Positions 28,802 through 38,531 of a stretch of 64,000 nucleotides of DNA are shown one piece after another. Each line of letters opens with the position of its first letter. Position 1 is the first letter of the stretch. The stretch is from a virus. A program made the position numbers and the translations under genes. The DNA lies in IMG/VR virus record IMGVR_UViG_3300045911_000155, positions 1 through 64,000 of that record, one strand, 5' to 3'. The notes under the pieces were generated by a model, which worked only from the letters and a program-made list of their open reading frames with translations, was not told where the DNA came from and made no database searches.

Positions 28802-29608
28802 ATGAACATTCTCCATCGCAGTCTCATTCTGAGCCTGTTGGCTTCCGCCACGTTGCTGGCGCAAGACCTTCCCGATACGACCGACCTGACGGCCCCGGCC
28901 ATCAATGTGGGACTGAAACCCGCTCACAACGAACCGATTCCCGGCGTGGATTCGACGGCCCCGGCCACGTCCAAGAAGGACAACGGCACCCGCTCCGCGA
29001 TCTACAGTGTCGGTGACACGCCGCCTGTGCTGACCGACTTCTATTGGGGCAATCAGGGAAGCTGTATCGCCAACACCAACGCGGACGGTACGATCACTCT
29101 GTTCCACCCCGGCGCGGCTGGCTTGGCGTTCAACTGGTGCGTACTGGTGAAACCGCTTCCGGTGTCTTCCACCTACACCGTCATCATGGGCTATCGCGGG
29201 CACTTGTTCAGCAAGGCATCGTCGCTGGCGACGGTTCTTTTTGACACGGCCACCGGCAAGTTCGTGGTGAACTCCATCCCCGGTTCTTCCGATTCGGGCG
29301 CGACGGCGATGGCGTCGTGGAAGATGAACAACTACACGACCTATGCGGGATCGGCGTACTTCAACTACAACAACGCCATCACGACCGGCGGTGTGCTTCC
29401 GCAATACGTCCGGCTGAAGAGCGACGGCACGACCCGCACGGTCGCGGTCAGTCATTCGAAGGACGGCCCGTGGTTGACGATCAACGCGGTTCCCGCCGCT
29501 GACTTCGTGAACTTGAATCCCGGCGGCTTCTTCGGTTACGCCTTGCGCGGCACCGGCGACGGCATGGCTTCGATGATGGTCATCTACCACGAATCTGTTA
29601 CCCCGTAA
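28802..29608 (+). CDS. secreted ConA/LamG-like protein, paralog of tail-fibre C-terminal domain
   Basis: Sec signal ..LLASATLLA-Q; W.NQG, YT, L[FY]D..TG[KR], TTY, R..DGT shared with 9431-9988. Confidence 0.7.
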   Translation: MNILHRSLILSLLASATLLAQDLPDTTDLTAPAINVGLKPAHNEPIPGVDSTAPATSKKDNGTRSAIYSVGDTPPVLTDFYWGNQGSCIANTNADGTITLFHPGAAGLAFNWCVLVKPLPVSSTYTVIMGYRGHLFSKASSLATVLFDTATGKFVVNSIPGSSDSGATAMASWKMNNYTTYAGSAYFNYNNAITTGGVLPQYVRLKSDGTTRTVAVSHSKDGPWLTINAVPAADFVNLNPGGFFGYALRGTGDGMASMMVIYHESVTP

Positions 29609-29659
29609 CAAGGCCAGCAACCACAAGGGGCGCGGGCGGAAACGTCCGCGCCAAGGATT

Positions 29660-29959
29660 ATGAATCTCTCTTCTGCATCTACCTCATCCGTTTCTGATTA
29701 TCCCTACGAACGTCTACTTGGCGACGGTCGGGCCATCTGGTGCTATGAGCGCATGTTCAATTCGATTGTCATGATTGGGACGGTCGGCAGTCTGATGTAT
29801 GAGTCTCACTGGTGCTACGAAACTCTGGAACAAGCCATCGCCGCCGCTGAAGTGTGGGACCCGCTGACACAAAAAGAACCGGAAAGATGGTTCCGACACG
29901 CGATGTCTGGTCGCCGCCGCCCCGGTGGTGATCCCGCCAAAGAGTACATCGAACACTGA
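29660..29959 (+). CDS. hypothetical protein
   Basis: AGGA SD; WCY..A..WD..EP..W.RH..GRRR. Confidence 0.6.
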   Translation: MNLSSASTSSVSDYPYERLLGDGRAIWCYERMFNSIVMIGTVGSLMYESHWCYETLEQAIAAAEVWDPLTQKEPERWFRHAMSGRRRPGGDPAKEYIEH

Positions 29960-29993
29960 AATCCGTTGACATATATGTGAAAGCGATGCTATC

Positions 29994-30398
29994 ATGAAGT
30001 TGATGGAACGCCAACGCATTTGCAAATACTGTGGTGAAGATTTCACGCCCGCCCACAATCATCCCGGACTGATTACGGTCTGTCTCGAAGATGAATGTCA
30101 AGAGCGCATGCGTGCTGACGGCGTGGTCGAACCTGAACTCAAAACAGCTTGCGTGGCGTGGTCTGGCAAGCATACCGTCGAAATCACAATTGTTGATGAT
30201 CCGTTCATGTCCGCGCGGTTCAACGCTTCACAGAAGCGGCACGGTGCTGGTGTGGCGATGGGACTGACGGGCGGATACACTGGCCCTAAAGTCAAAGAAG
30301 CGGGCAAGGAATACGAAGTCCCTGAACATCGCCACGGGTTTCAAGCCGGGGATCTGTGGTTCAACAGCCTTGGCGAATCTCACGCAAAGAAAAGGTAA
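29994..30398 (+). CDS. early hypothetical protein
   Basis: promoter at 29966; CxxC. Confidence 0.6.
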   Translation: MKLMERQRICKYCGEDFTPAHNHPGLITVCLEDECQERMRADGVVEPELKTACVAWSGKHTVEITIVDDPFMSARFNASQKRHGAGVAMGLTGGYTGPKVKEAGKEYEVPEHRHGFQAGDLWFNSLGESHAKKR

Positions 30399-30708
30399 CC
30401 TATGCCCAAACCTGTCGCCGCCAGCGACTTAGGCCATCCGTTGTGGCGCGATGTCTTCGGCAAATTGACGGCGTTGCTGGACGCCTTCGAAACACTGGAC
30501 CAGAATTGCGACCGCACCGTGACGCCGGATGATGAGATCGGGTACACGATTGGCCGGTTCATGCGGACTATCATCGCGAAACGAGATCCGGCCCGGATTG
30601 CCGGTGTTCTGGAAGGATTCAAACGCGGCCTTCAGGAATCGACCGAAAATGAAGGGACTTGACATATAAGTCAGTTCGTGGTATAATGGTTTCAGATAGA
30701 GAACCGTT

Positions 30709-30951
30709 ATGCCAACGAAATTGACCGGTAGTAAGCGTGTCGTCCGTGAAACGCTGACGACGATTCAGGGACGGAACATCATTGTGACGATGAACTCCCA
30801 CTTCATCAAGCTGCGTCCGAAGGGGAAGAAGTACAGCTACGACGTGCCGATTGAAGCTGTGTTCATCTTCGCCGCCCGCAAGGAAGCTGAGCGCAAGATC
30901 AAAGAGAAGAGGGAAGCGCGCGCCGCCGCGAAGAAAGCAGGGAAGAAATGA
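30709..30951 (+). CDS. small basic early protein
   Basis: TTGACA-17-TATAAT at 30659. Confidence 0.7.
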   Translation: MPTKLTGSKRVVRETLTTIQGRNIIVTMNSHFIKLRPKGKKYSYDVPIEAVFIFAARKEAERKIKEKREARAAAKKAGKK

Positions 30952-31060
30952 GAATGAACTTTCGATTCACGTGGGTGTTTCTGAATTTCGGATTCAAGAA
31001 CACCAAGGGGTTCTGGATCGTCGGCTTGCCGTTCGTGACGATCTGGAAGTGGAAGCCGCT

Positions 31061-31618
31061 TTAGAAGCGGTCGGTCGGTGAACCGACGACCACAGGTTGT
31101 CCCCAAACCGGCCACTTCTCCCGTAAGTAGTCGCCGTCCACTTCGTACCCGTAGGAACACAAAATGCGTTGGCCGGGCGATTCGACTCTGGTGCATGAGT
31201 GCATCTGTTCTGATGGGAAGAAACACAGAAGTGTGCGATCCTTGACCATGTAGGGAACTTGGTCGATCACCGGAACGCCGCCATACATCACGGTCTGAAC
31301 GAAGACATTGCACCGGACGTGATGGACATTGTTTTCGATGGCGTCGGTGTGCGCTTTGACTTCGCCGCCCGCACCGGTGCTGCTAAGGTACCATCCATAG
31401 TTTCGTTCTTTCTGTTCGTCCCGGAACTTGAACAGTGCTTGAATGCGAAGCCGAATGTTGTGGAAACACTCCGGGACATCCTTCAGTTCTTCGACCAGTT
31501 GGAAGTAACACCCGCCGTTTGTTCCGTTGCGGGAAAGATCCGGGCGGATGGTTGCTTCCCATTCGATTAGTGCCGCCTGTTCGTCCGGGGTGATGAATTC
31601 CGGGATGATGATGGGCAT
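31061..31618 (-). CDS. 2OG-Fe(II) oxygenase
   Basis: HTD...H..R facial triad and 2OG-binding Arg; GG turn. Confidence 0.8.
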   Translation of the reverse strand: MPIIIPEFITPDEQAALIEWEATIRPDLSRNGTNGGCYFQLVEELKDVPECFHNIRLRIQALFKFRDEQKERNYGWYLSSTGAGGEVKAHTDAIENNVHHVRCNVFVQTVMYGGVPVIDQVPYMVKDRTLLCFFPSEQMHSCTRVESPGQRILCSYGYEVDGDYLREKWPVWGQPVVVGSPTDRF

Positions 31619-31623
31619 AGAGC

Positions 31624-32034
31624 CTACTTGCTAGAGTTCTTGACTGACGCGGCCAGCTTGTTGGTTTCGGCAACAACGAAGTTGTAGTCCCGATAGACGC
31701 CGCTCGACAGCGTTTCCCGTTTCCACTTCATCATACCCGGCTGAAGATCGCCCGGCTCATTGCAAGCGAAGCCGACCCATTTGCCTTCTTTACCCGGCGC
31801 GGCTTCGACGAACTTGACGCCGCCATAGACTTGAGCGCGGATCTGATCCGGGTTCTTGTTCGCCCACGGATGGCCGGTCGGGAGTTTCACATACCCGCAC
31901 CAATGCCCAAGGCGGTCGCGTTGCACCACACATTCAAGACCGGATGCTTCGAACTCTTCGCGGTCATCTTCGTGAATCCACGGACCATCAGAGAACCAGT
32001 CAATGCGCGTGATATTGAAATCTGTCAAAGCCAT
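31624..32034 (-). CDS. conserved phage hypothetical protein
   Basis: GHWCGYV..HP..GG..WVGF.C. Confidence 0.7.
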   Translation of the reverse strand: MALTDFNITRIDWFSDGPWIHEDDREEFEASGLECVVQRDRLGHWCGYVKLPTGHPWANKNPDQIRAQVYGGVKFVEAAPGKEGKWVGFACNEPGDLQPGMMKWKRETLSSGVYRDYNFVVAETNKLAASVKNSSK

Positions 32035-32073
32035 TTGATCCTATTTACCACGGCGGGAACCGGAGTATAATGT

Positions 32074-32673
32074 ATGGGTATGAAACTATCCCTTCTCTTA
32101 GTCACTCTAGGTGCGATGTTCGGCCTGTATGCGCAAAACGCCAACTATCGGTTTCAAGTCCGCCGGACAACTGACAATCAGATCATCGAATTGCGGGCGA
32201 CGGATGGCTTGTTCGTGGATGCCGCGACCGGGACACTTCGCACGCTGCGTAACGCCGGGATTCAGGGCACACCACTGACGGTGTGGATCAACGGAACAGA
32301 CGGGAAGGGTGTCGCAGTGCCCATGCAAGGCGCACAGATCATCCTAGTGAACGGCAAGCCAGTCTTGAACATTCCCGCCCCGCCGCCGGTGCCTCAGTTG
32401 AAGATCAAGACGAATATCCACTGCATTCCGTCCGGCGACGGCTCTTCGTGGGTGATCCCGTTTACGGAAGGGACGATCACGGACATCGTGGTCTATCGGA
32501 ATGGTGTCCGCCAAAGTCGGGTATCGTCGCCGGACTACGTGGCTGACTACAGCGCCAGTGCCAATTTCCTGACGCTCACACCCGCTCCGAACTACCCGTG
32601 GTCAATCTTGCGGACGGATGTCCAGAATCCACAGAAGCCGGATCTGATCGTCGCGGATGTGTTCTATTACTGA
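32074..32673 (+). CDS. secreted protein
   Basis: signal peptide ..GLYA-Q; VYRNG.RQ..DY motif. Confidence 0.7.
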   Translation: MGMKLSLLLVTLGAMFGLYAQNANYRFQVRRTTDNQIIELRATDGLFVDAATGTLRTLRNAGIQGTPLTVWINGTDGKGVAVPMQGAQIILVNGKPVLNIPAPPPVPQLKIKTNIHCIPSGDGSSWVIPFTEGTITDIVVYRNGVRQSRVSSPDYVADYSASANFLTLTPAPNYPWSILRTDVQNPQKPDLIVADVFYY

Positions 32674-32867
32674 TTCTTGGGACAGAACTGACCGGTCTGC
32701 ATGTTGATGACGTAGGCAGATTCATCGGCCCCGGCATCAGCGAAAGTTTTCTTGACCAGTTCGCGGAAACGAGATTCAGCATCGGCCACATCGCGTTTCA
32801 TCAGCGACAATTTCAGGCTGGCGTTTTCCAAAAGAAGAAAGGCTTCCTTCGATAGTTGTGGTGTCAT
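32667..32867 (-). CDS. small protein downstream of fibre gene (possible chaperone)
   Basis: coiled coil; TAAGTA upstream. Confidence 0.45.
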   Translation of the reverse strand: MTPQLSKEAFLLLENASLKLSLMKRDVADAESRFRELVKKTFADAGADESAYVINMQTGQFCPKNQ

Positions 32868-32894
32868 GCCCAACTACTTAGGAAGCCTTTTCCA

Positions 32895-34145
32895 TTAGAC
32901 CGGCGGGGTGACGCTATCGAACAGAATGCGGCCCCATCCGCCGTCCGCCATCCCAACCCAAATTCCTGTAGCGTCGCGATAGATGACCGCGCCGGTAGCA
33001 TTGCCGACCGGGGTGCCATTCAAAACCGTGAATGGATAGGTCGATCCATTCTTGAGAAGGTTGCCGGTCAGGTTGATGTTGCCATCAACGTCTAGCCGGT
33101 GATCGGGTAAGACCGTTCCCAATCCAAGCCGGTGATTCGTTGCGTCCCACCAGAAGTTTGTGTCCTGTGTGTCATTGACCGTATTGAAAAATCCGTGGCC
33201 GGTGGCGTGGATGGTCAATTGATTCTCGACATTGCGAACGACGATCCCGGTGCCGGTAGGTTGGGTCAAGATATTGTTTGAGACTGCCGGGTAAACGTTG
33301 TTGGGTCCACTGAAACTTGGCCCTAGATTGTCGATCCCGCCATTCAGGGAAACGTAGCCAAGGTACACACCGTAACCGTTCAAAGAGAAGTCGTAGCTGT
33401 TTGTATATTGAACGGCGCTGTTCGACAACGGAGCAACAATGACACCAGAATCCGGGGTGGCAATCATGACAATGTTTCCATTGTCCATATCGGCGATGAT
33501 GTTAGCCGTGGAAGAGGTTCCAAGATTGCCGCCCATCACAGCGCCGCCGGTGTAGGTCATGATGGTTCCATCAATCGGCACACCGCTCAATGAAGCGGTG
33601 AAGGTGGTTGCGCTCAGAACGTTCTCAATCGTGATCTTCTGATTCGAGAAGGAAAGATTGGTGCCGGTTCCACCCAACACTTCCACCCGCATTCCGACGC
33701 TCAAATGTTGTGTGCTCGAAACGGTGAACACAGCGGGATTCGCTGTGGATATCGCCGTGATCGGGAGCAGGATCAATTGGAATTGCGCCGCATCAAATGT
33801 GTTGCTGTATGCTGCAATTGCAGCTTTGCCGCCGCTCACATTCAGGATCGTGGAGTCTTGTGGGTCCACACTGATGGTGAGCGGCGATTCAGGAGTGTTG
33901 CCGGACGGAGTTGTCCATTGCCCCGCACCATTCAAATACACAGCCGCGTCATTCGGTAACTTGGGGGCGAAACCGTGCCGGGCGTTTGATACGTTGTTGT
34001 TCGTATTGTCGCTCAGCGTCAGGTCGGATTCGATAATGTTGCCGGTGATTGCATGGGTGGCATTCCAGTTGGAAGGACGAATGAGACTATCGTCATTTCC
34101 GTCCGGCTTGGTGGATACGAAACTGTGCGTAATGGTGAGCGGCAT
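32895..34145 (-). CDS. tail fibre/appendage protein
   Basis: N-terminal ITH.FVS.KPDG..IRPSNWNA.H anchor shared with 37557; WDATNHRLGLGT..P..LDV.G fibre repeat. Confidence 0.75.
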   Translation of the reverse strand: MPLTITHSFVSTKPDGNDDSLIRPSNWNATHAITGNIIESDLTLSDNTNNNVSNARHGFAPKLPNDAAVYLNGAGQWTTPSGNTPESPLTISVDPQDSTILNVSGGKAAIAAYSNTFDAAQFQLILLPITAISTANPAVFTVSSTQHLSVGMRVEVLGGTGTNLSFSNQKITIENVLSATTFTASLSGVPIDGTIMTYTGGAVMGGNLGTSSTANIIADMDNGNIVMIATPDSGVIVAPLSNSAVQYTNSYDFSLNGYGVYLGYVSLNGGIDNLGPSFSGPNNVYPAVSNNILTQPTGTGIVVRNVENQLTIHATGHGFFNTVNDTQDTNFWWDATNHRLGLGTVLPDHRLDVDGNINLTGNLLKNGSTYPFTVLNGTPVGNATGAVIYRDATGIWVGMADGGWGRILFDSVTPPV

Positions 34146-35016
34146 GACTAACAGGTATTTAGGCCGGTGGGTTCTGCATTGCCGCGATTTCCATTCGGGT
34201 CTTTGCCAACCATTCGACCAGCATAGCCGGGGTGACCGTCGTGAGCATGCCAGACGTGCCAAGCCACTGCCAGATACCGACTGTCATGCCGTCGATTTCC
34301 GCTTCGGTCAGTTCGTTCTTGACCGCGCCGGATACTTTTCCGATCCGGTAGGTCATATTGACGATGAACCGCATCATCAACAAGGACCGTTGCGTCGGTG
34401 TGGTGTCTTTGCTGATCTGTAGAATGTTGGGCGGTTGCATGGTCATTTGCATGCCCGCCGGGAGATCGCAGTACTGGACGACGAAACTATTGTTCTCATC
34501 GCCTAGTGTCAAGATGTCAGGGAAGTGAAGTTTAGCGGACGACGGGTCGGGTAACCCATCGGACAAAACCTTGAATTCGTTCGATGTTTCGGATGTCATC
34601 ACGATTATATACAACGACCGAAACCCGTTCTTGAACGATTCTCCCGCGCGTGCGCGTGCGCACGATGTAGAAGGCTTGTACTCCCCGGCGACGCCCGGCA
34701 AACGCCACAGGCGCGGCCAGAAGCGTCAAAAAGGCATGTCTGGTCATGTGTCCATTCTATCGCCGGGGTGATTTTCCCGCAAGGAACTCTTCGTAGGTCA
34801 CACTGACGCCGCGCGGCCCGACGCCGGTGACTAGCAAGGTTCCGGCGGACAGGCTGACGGTATGGATGCCATCCCGCCGTTTTCGGCCCGTAAACGGCTT
34901 GTACGTGATCGTTCCCTTCCCGGTGCCCTGACAGTGCAAGCACACCACGGCGACGCCTTGTGGCTCCGCAAAACCGCGATAGACGCCGGTTCCTTGACAG
35001 GACGGGCACTCAATAT

Positions 35017-35406
35017 TCAATAGTCATCTGTTGCGACATCAAAAGCCTCTACTAACAATTGTCCACTGTGTTCGAGCAACCACTGTTCCCGATACTCTTC
35101 GATGATCGGGAGAACTTCCGCCGCGTATCGGCTGTGAACGTATGCGTGATGCGTCGGGCATATCGGAATCAAGTTTTCTGGCCGGTTGTCGTTGTGGTTT
35201 CCATTCGCATGGTGAACGGCGACGATCTTCCGTTCACCGCACACGACGCATTTCTTTTCGTGGTAGGCGAAACAGGTAGACCGATAGGCATCTTCCGACC
35301 AGTTTGGATTCCGTTGCTTCGTGCGGAAGAGCCGATTGGCGCACGACCGGGAGCATGTCGTGTTGCCGGGTTTGACATCTTTGCCACAGATAGGACAGTA
35401 GACCAC
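35017..35406 (-). CDS. HNH endonuclease
   Basis: CVVCG..VHH.NGNH.DN..ENL..ICPTHH; GTG start after TAAACA. Confidence 0.85.
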   Translation of the reverse strand: MVYCPICGKDVKPGNTTCSRSCANRLFRTKQRNPNWSEDAYRSTCFAYHEKKCVVCGERKIVAVHHANGNHNDNRPENLIPICPTHHAYVHSRYAAEVLPIIEEYREQWLLEHSGQLLVEAFDVATDDY

Positions 35407-35425
35407 ACATCTGTTTAGGTGCGGC

Positions 35426-35556
35426 AAAAGCAAAGCCCGGCATTTCTGCCGGGCCTTGGTGTGATTTCAATGAGCAAGTGGGTGACTGTCGGCTGGTCTA
35501 TGTCAAGTAGGTAACCAACAATCTTCGGCTCATCTACTACTTCTCCGATTGTACCA
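35426..35556 (-). ncRNA. Y-RNA-like sRNA with own promoter and terminator
   Basis: TAAATA at 35562-35567; GATGAGC-CGAAG opposite CACTT-GCTCATT; 11-bp upper stem; terminator 35426-35455. Confidence 0.6.
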
Positions 35557-35564
35557 CGTTGTAT

Positions 35565-35960
35565 TTAGGCGAACAACTCCATCTGATCGCCGGGTGGCGG
35601 TACGGGTTCAGAAGCCTTCTCCGGGAATTTGGCGCGGTATGCGTCCACGGACAAGCTCTTCCACTTGAGGGGCTTCGCCGGGTTCTGTTGATGGAACGCC
35701 TTCAGCTTCGCCGTGAATTCGTTGAACGCCGGGCCGGGCTGAACCGTGTCTTCGGTGAGCACGATGACGTTGTTGGAAACGAGATAATCCCATACCGGTA
35801 CATTGGTCATGGACCAACGTGGTGCCGGTAGGATGCTCAGCATTTCCAAAACGATTTCGGGCGGGTACACCTTTCCGTCAAGAGTCACGAACCGCAACAA
35901 GCGGGGTTGAAAATGGACCTCTTCGACCAAGCTGAAATCAGGCAGTTGCATATTCACCAT
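35565..35960 (-). CDS. hypothetical protein
   Basis: ORF after late-like TAACTA. Confidence 0.55.
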   Translation of the reverse strand: MVNMQLPDFSLVEEVHFQPRLLRFVTLDGKVYPPEIVLEMLSILPAPRWSMTNVPVWDYLVSNNVIVLTEDTVQPGPAFNEFTAKLKAFHQQNPAKPLKWKSLSVDAYRAKFPEKASEPVPPPGDQMELFA

Positions 35961-35970
35961 TATCCGGTAG

Positions 35971-37557
35971 TTAGGTCAGCTTCAAATACTGAACGTCGAT
36001 GGACTCTGAGTTTTGGACATAGACGAACAGATTGATGACGTTCAGTCCGCTGATCGTGTGCGGCTCCACCCATGTGGTGCCATTGATTTGCCAACCACAG
36101 GTGATAACAGAACCGGAGCGAACGAACCGCAACTTGAACAGGTTGCCGGGCGGTGGTGAACCCGATGGTCCAATGTTGGTGTTGTTGTAGAAGTTCCAAT
36201 TGAACCATCCAGTGTTATTCCAGTAGTGATCTTGTGTCCACATGGTAGTTTCCGCTGGTGATACGAATTCCCCACACCGAAAGCGCTCCCACGCCGCCGC
36301 TGTCGTCGCGGAATCCAATGCCGACGAAATTTGCCAACGCTGTATTCGGCACAAATTGCACTTCGAAATTGAACGCTCCCGATCCACCCAATCCACCGGG
36401 CCGGTACAGACCGATGGGATAGTTCTGCGTTACGCTTCCGGTGTACCCGAAAGTGAAATCGTTGCCATTGTCGGTCATCGTGTAGTTGGCGTCCGTAGGA
36501 GTTACCACGTAAGACGACAGAGCCGATGCCGATGGAATGTTTGGATTGCGGTACGGAATCGAAGTGCCGTATTGTCCAGTCACATACCAGTTATCACCAT
36601 CTGATTGAATTTCGCGATAGGCATATTGGGTGTTCAGGTTGACTGTCGTTTCACCGTCGATGGTGTCCGGGGCGACGGGTGTGATGTAGACGGTGTTAGT
36701 TGTGCCTTTCACCTTGGCAATGTACTTCTTGCCGGTGTAAGAAGCGGCGGGCGGCAAATTGACAATGACGTGATCCGTTGTTTGGTCGCAGACAATCGTG
36801 CCGTCTGTTGGCAGAACAGTGTATGGTGAGTTCGTGTGGTTGATCGTGACGATCTTGGAAGATTCACCAAGCGACATCAGATCCCAGGGGTCACGTCCGG
36901 GGCTTGATTGGTCGTGTTGCCCAAACACACATAGGACGATCCGTTGTAGGAAACCACATCATACGGCACATATGCGGTCGCATTTGACCAAACACCAAGC
37001 CAAGTGAACCCTTGACCATCGGCACCCGCCGCACCCGCCGGGCCTGTCGCACCGGTTGCACCGGTTGCACCAGTCTGCCCCTTGACGGCATAGAGGGTAG
37101 TTCCATCCGGCGTCAGGAACTCTTGCATCGTCACGGCATTGGCCGTTGTGTCTACTGCATTCCCGCCCACCACGTTGCCCGGCCATGCGAACGTATGCCC
37201 GCCCGCATTGTTCTGGACGATGAAGAAGGTGATTCGCTGCCCGGCGGTCAAGTTGCTGACCGTGCTCGAAGTCACGTTGCCGGTCAAGACGATGCGGAAT
37301 TGATTGCCTAGTGCTGCGTCAAATGTCGGAGTGGCGGAAAAGGTGACTGTCGTGACGTTCCCACTCACCCGCCCATTGAAAGTGTTGTACCCCGTCCACG
37401 TGTTGTTCCCCGTCCACGTGTTGTTCCCGGCAAGCTGTTCGGTGCCAAGTGTGCCGGTGACGGTGTGCGCTGCATTCCAGTTCGACGGTCGAATCTTCGT
37501 CGGGTCCGGGCCGTCCGGTTTGGCGGAAACGAAGGGGTGTGTGATTGACAGTGCCAT
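35971..37557 (-). CDS. tail fibre/appendage protein split by two frameshifts (near 36880 and 36240-36290)
   Basis: anchor domain, NNTWTG repeats, collagen GATGAT, CBM-like repeat, LPPAAS..GK domain, lectin-like C-terminus. Confidence 0.75.
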
Positions 37558-37598
37558 GACTGTCGTATTTAGGGTGGTATAATAGATCAGCTTCTCAT

Positions 37599-37805
37599 AT
37601 GAAGATCAAAAACCTCTTGAAAGACATTCTCGAAGGCTCCGTCCAAGTGCCGGACCAAGTGTGGAGTTTTGCATGGGACCGGGGAAACCGCCAGAACGTC
37701 CGGTTCCCCAAGGACGCATACGAAGCGATCCGGCTGAACGATGAATTTATGCTGGTCCGGGTGCCGAAGCAATCGCGCCCGGCTGAAGAGGCAAAGACCG
37801 CGTGA
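37599..37805 (+). CDS. small hypothetical protein
   Basis: TATAAT upstream; GTGA-coupled to next gene. Confidence 0.6.
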   Translation: MKIKNLLKDILEGSVQVPDQVWSFAWDRGNRQNVRFPKDAYEAIRLNDEFMLVRVPKQSRPAEEAKTA

Positions 37806-38026
37806 CGCTTCAGGACGCCATCAAGCGCGGCTGGTGTCCGTATCTGTTCCGGGAAGTGGAACGGGAGAACAAAGCAAAGCGGCGGCTAGATCCTTTGATG
37901 GGTCGAATCAGGGATTTATTGCCCGGACTGATCCATCATCAGATTGCGCCGCCGCAACCTTTGCTTGGAGAGACTTCGCGAATTTTTAGCCTTCGCGTTC
38001 GGCCTTCATCATTTCCTTCAGGCTAG
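37802..38026 (+). CDS. stand-alone Gol-like major-capsid fragment protein
   Basis: 14/37 identity (1 gap) to gp23 residues 73-109 of this window. Confidence 0.7.
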   Translation: MTLQDAIKRGWCPYLFREVERENKAKRRLDPLMGRIRDLLPGLIHHQIAPPQPLLGETSRIFSLRVRPSSFPSG

Positions 38027-38312
38027 AGTATCCTTTCCGCCGGGCTTCACGGTGCCGGGCCTTCATGAGCTTGGAGAGTTTCGCGCGCCCTTCGCTGGTC
38101 ATGCGTTCGGCGATGGCATTCGGAATTTTCGGTGCCTTGTCGCTTTTCGTGGTGACCTTGACGCCGAAGGAACGAAGCGCTTTGTTGATGGCTTTCAATT
38201 CGCTCTGCCCGTCTTTGAGTGCGGTCTTTGCATCCGCGACCTGTTTGGCGGCTTGCGTCTGAGCCTGTTTGAGAAGCGACACCACGTCATTGATTGTTTT
38301 TGATTGCTGCAT
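37986..38312 (-). CDS. basic coiled-coil, nucleoid-associated-like protein
   Basis: coiled coil plus RMTSEGRAKLSKLMKARH motif. Confidence 0.55.
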   Translation of the reverse strand: MQQSKTINDVVSLLKQAQTQAAKQVADAKTALKDGQSELKAINKALRSFGVKVTTKSDKAPKIPNAIAERMTSEGRAKLSKLMKARHREARRKGYSSLKEMMKAEREG

Positions 38313-38531
38313 TGCGCTTGTCCTGTCTGAGAAATTCCAAGGCGACGCCTTGTCTGTACACTTCGCGGGTCGTCGGGCTGATCCACTGAATCCTCCACAT
38401 GCATCCGACCTTCCGGCGGGAGTACACCCGCCATCCGGCCTTGTGAAGTTTCTGTTGATCTTTGGACGGGATGAATTTGTTGCCCCGTCCATCATAGATT
38501 TGTTCGGTCGGTTGAGACATCGTGTTTCCTT

